64,000 bases of DNA. Origin: Macrostomum hystrix. Lineage: Eukaryota; Animalia; Platyhelminthes. Position 1 is the first letter of the stretch. Every line of letters starts with the position of its first letter. Under the pieces are notes generated by a model. The model was not told the DNA's origin and ran no database searches. It saw only the letters and a list, made by a program, of their open reading frames with translations. Both the position numbers and the translations under genes were made by a program. Location of the stretch: contig CATNEN010000001.1 of the NCBI GenBank assembly GCA_950097015.1, forward strand, positions 9,796,001 through 9,860,000, written 5' to 3'. Below, piece after piece: positions 60,357 through 64,000 of the stretch.

Positions 60357-62255
60357 CCCATCTCTAATGGGATCTCATACCATCCATCTCTAATGGGATC
60401 TCATCCCATCCATCTCTAATGGGATCTCATCCCATCCATCTCTAATGGGATCTCATCCCATCCATCTCTAATGGGATCTCATACCATCCATCTCTAATGG
60501 GATCTCATACCATCCATCTCTAATGGGATCTCATCCCATCCATCTCTAATGGGATCTCATACCATCCATCTCTAATGGGATCTCATCCCATCCATCTCTA
60601 ATGGGATCTCATCCCATCCATCTCTAATGGGATCTCATCCCATCCATCTCTAATGGGATCTCATACCATCCATCTCTAATGGGATCTCATACCATCCATC
60701 TCTAATGGGATCTCATACCATCCATCTCTAATGGGATCTCATACCATCCATCTCTAATGGGATCTCATACCATCCATCTCTAATGGGATCTCATACCATC
60801 CATCTCTAACGGGATCTCATCCCATCCATCTCTAATGGGATCTCATACCATCCATCTCTAATGGGATCTCATACCATCCATCTCTAATGGGATCTCATCC
60901 CATCCATCTCTAATGGGATCTCATACCATCCATCTCTAATGGGATCTCATACCATCCATCTCTAATGGGATCTCATACCATCCATCTCTAATGGGATCTC
61001 ATCCCATCCATCTCTAATGGGATCTCATCCCATCCATCTCTAATGGGATCTCATACCATCCATCTCTAATGGGATCTCATACCATCCATCTCTAATGGGA
61101 TCTCATACCATCCATTTCTAATGGGATCTCATACCATCCATCTCTGATGGGATCTCATACCATCCATTTCTAATGGGATCTCATACCATCCATCTCTAAT
61201 GGGATCTCATACCATCCATCTCTAATGGGATCTCATACCATCCATCTCTAATGGGATCTCATACCATCCATCTCTAATGGGATCTCATCCCATCCATCTC
61301 TAATGGGATCTCATACCATCCATCTCTAATGGGATCTCATACCATCCATCTCTAATGGGATCTCATACCATCCATCTCTAATGGGATCTCATCCCATCCA
61401 TCTCTAATGGGATCTCATCCCATCCATCTCTAATGGGATCTCATACCATCCATCTCTAATGGGATCTCATCCCATCCATCTCTAATGGGATCTCATACCA
61501 TCCATCTCTAATGGGATCTCATCCCATCCATCTCTAATGGGATCTCATACCATCCATCTCTAATGGGATCTCATCCCATCCATCTCTAATGGGATCTCAT
61601 ACCATCCATCTCTAATGGGATCTCATCCCATCCATCTCTAATGGGATCTCATACCATCCATCTCTAATGGGATCTCATCCCATCCATCTCTAATGGGATC
61701 TCATACCATCCATCTCTAATGGGATCTCATACCATCCATCTCTAATGGGATCTCATACCATCCATCTCTAATGGGATCTCATCCCATCCATCTCTAATGG
61801 GATCTCATACCATCCATTTGTAATGGGATCTCATACCATCCATCTCTAATGGGATCTCATACCATCCATCTCTAATGGGATCTCATACCATCCATCTCTA
61901 ATGGGATCTCATCCCATCCATCTCTAATGGGATCTCATCCCATCCATCTCTAATGGGATCTCATCCCATCCATCTCTAATGGGATCTCATACCATCCATC
62001 TCTAATGGGATCTCATACCATCCATCTCTAATGGGATCTCATACCATCCATCTCTAAAGGGATCTCATCCCATCCATCTCTAATGGGATCTCATCCCATC
62101 CATCTCTAATGGGATCTCATACCATCCATCTCTAAAGGGATCTCATACCATCCATCTCTAATGGGATCTCATACCATCCATCTCTAATGGGATCTCATAC
62201 CATCCATCTCTAAAGGGATCTCATACCATCCATCTCTAAAGGGATCTCATCCCTC
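60357..62255. repeat. Minisatellite, 26-bp unit, about 73 copies, directly after the poly(A) signal
   Basis: Unit CCATCCATCTCTAATGGGATCTCAT(A/C). Confidence 0.98.
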
Positions 62256-63028
62256 CCAGCACATCCTCACATGTAATTATCATCCCCGTGGCCAATTTAA
62301 TTCCGTCCAGTCGTCATTCATGCACAAACTTTATTTTAAAATACAATTGTCATCTATAATTTATTGATGTATACGAGCCCGTAGATGTCTCGTCTGTTAT
62401 TTAATTTTAACAATAACTATCTATAGTAATTTCTGATTTTTTCAGATTTTATTATTTTTTCTCGCTGCAATTAAAGTTGCAAAAACTATCTGGAGCTGCA
62501 ACTGCCTCATAACAAGAGGCAGAAAATAAAAAAGGATATTCCTGACGTTTTTTCACTCTTTTGCGTTTTTATTCTTTGAAAACCATTCACACTCTACTGT
62601 TAGTAGACGATCGAACCATTCCGTTGCCTAAGCGGACTATAAAATAATTAAAAAATCGAAGCCAAGAATCGGACCAAGATCAGCCCTCTGCAGAAGCCTT
62701 TGTAGTCTTATTTAAATTACTTTTTAGATGACAAAGGAGTTCGTTCATATCGTCGGTAATTATCAAACTATATTTTAAGAGTACTTTTCAGCACCAACGA
62801 GTAAGTCTCGCTAAATAGAACGAACGAATTCCGACTTATAGTAGTATGTAAAAATTCACACAAAATCGACTCCATATGATATAAACAGTAGTTGAAAGAT
62901 ACGAGCATTGTAGACTATTAATTCAGCTTCGTCGTGATTTTAATAATCTGCGAATGCAAATTAAATTGTTATCGAGGTAATCGAGCGTCAAAAAAATATT
63001 TGTGAAAATAATTTGCGAGTAAAAAGGT

Positions 63029-63099
63029 TGCATCGGCCGGGAATCGAACCCGGGCCGCCCGCGTGGCAGGCGAGCATTCTACCACTGAACCACCGATGC
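63029..63099 (-). tRNA. tRNA-Gly-GCC: tRNA-Gly (GCC)
   Basis: GCATCGGTGGTTCAGTGGTAGAATGCTCGCCTGCCACGCGGGCGGCCCGGGTTCGATTCCCGGCCGATGCA on the minus strand, followed by a T5 terminator. Confidence 0.97.
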
Positions 63100-63792
63100 T
63101 TAGACTAAGTGTGTTAACTGAAGTATTTAAATAGCCTTTACCTGGTATCAGTGCGGCCTAATTGGCTGCCCATTTTCGTTGTGATAAAAGCTGCTGAGGT
63201 CGAGGAGCCTTCGAAAATGCACACTTACTAAAGCCATACAGTCAAGGTTTTCAGGCTGTGTCTTGCTTTCTGTCTCCCGGCAGCCAGACAATAGGAATGG
63301 AAGAAATTTTTAGTCAGCTGAATTTTAGTCATGCTCGGGGCTGCAGGCTGCAGCAGCAAATTGTGAAATTGCGAGCACGATAAAATGGTTTGAGAAGCTT
63401 GCTCAGCTTCGATACTATTTTTCTTTCTTGCCTCGTCTTGAGCAGGGTAAAGTGGTCGTTGTTAAGAGAGTGACGCGGTCGGATTGCTGCTTCATTGTCA
63501 GCTATCAGCTACAAATATGAAGACTTGAATGCGTCAATACAGCACTATTTTATTATTAGACTAAACTCGAAAGCTGAAAAATTAAAAATAGGACCAATTT
63601 AAAAAGTTGTCACTGTCGTCCTTATCCATGGCGTCTTCTAGAAGCCGTTCACCTTCGACCTCAGCCAGCTCATCTCGCATTATTTTGTCATCTCGCGGGT
63701 CCGGTAAATATTAATTAGAATGTTTAGCTTGTGATGTTTTAGAAAATCTCATTGATAGATAATAATGTTCAGGATGCTTCCCTGTGCCGCAA

Positions 63793-63863
63793 GCATCGGT
63801 GGTTCAGTGGTAGAATGCTCGCCTGCCACGCGGGCGGCCCGGGTTCGATTCCCGGCCGATGCA
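63793..63863 (+). tRNA. tRNA-Gly-GCC: tRNA-Gly (GCC)
   Basis: Identical 71-nt sequence on the plus strand; oligo-T Pol III terminator at about 63870-63876. Confidence 0.97.
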
Positions 63864-64000
63864 ATTCAGTTTTTTTCGTTAGTGTTAATCAGTCTATGAT
63901 TTTACACAAAATAATACACAATTTTTTCCTAAAATGTGACCTCTGCCAAGTCCTTGACTTTAGTGAAGAAGTTTTAATAAAGTTTAACCTTTACTGGCTA

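Overview
Eukaryotic (invertebrate metazoan) genomic DNA with GT-AG introns, SINEs, MITEs and very abundant 18-47 bp tandem arrays. The style recalls repeat-rich flatworm genomes such as Macrostomum, but the species cannot be fixed from this window. Genes assembled by hand from splice sites: a 7-exon astacin metalloprotease; two 4-exon i-type (destabilase) lysozymes whose ATG is split by an intron (AT|G), each followed by a copy of a secreted orphan gene (one intact, one pseudogene); a 2-exon Kelch-only protein; a very acidic secreted repeat protein; an intronless REEP1-4-like gene; an 18-exon, about 982-aa polytopic membrane protein resembling plant NO EXINE FORMATION 1, in which nine introns each carry a different minisatellite (one is 16.5 kb); and two identical divergent tRNA-Gly(GCC) genes. 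Mobile DNA includes a decayed Crypton-like element with a 43-bp perfect hairpin interrupted by a Harbinger-type element, two SINE families, tiny MITEs with 8-bp TSDs, a CACTA-like MITE and a LINE RNase H remnant. All long ORFs between 29 and 59 kb in the ORF track are repeat artefacts. Homology calls rest on remembered motifs, not on database searches.
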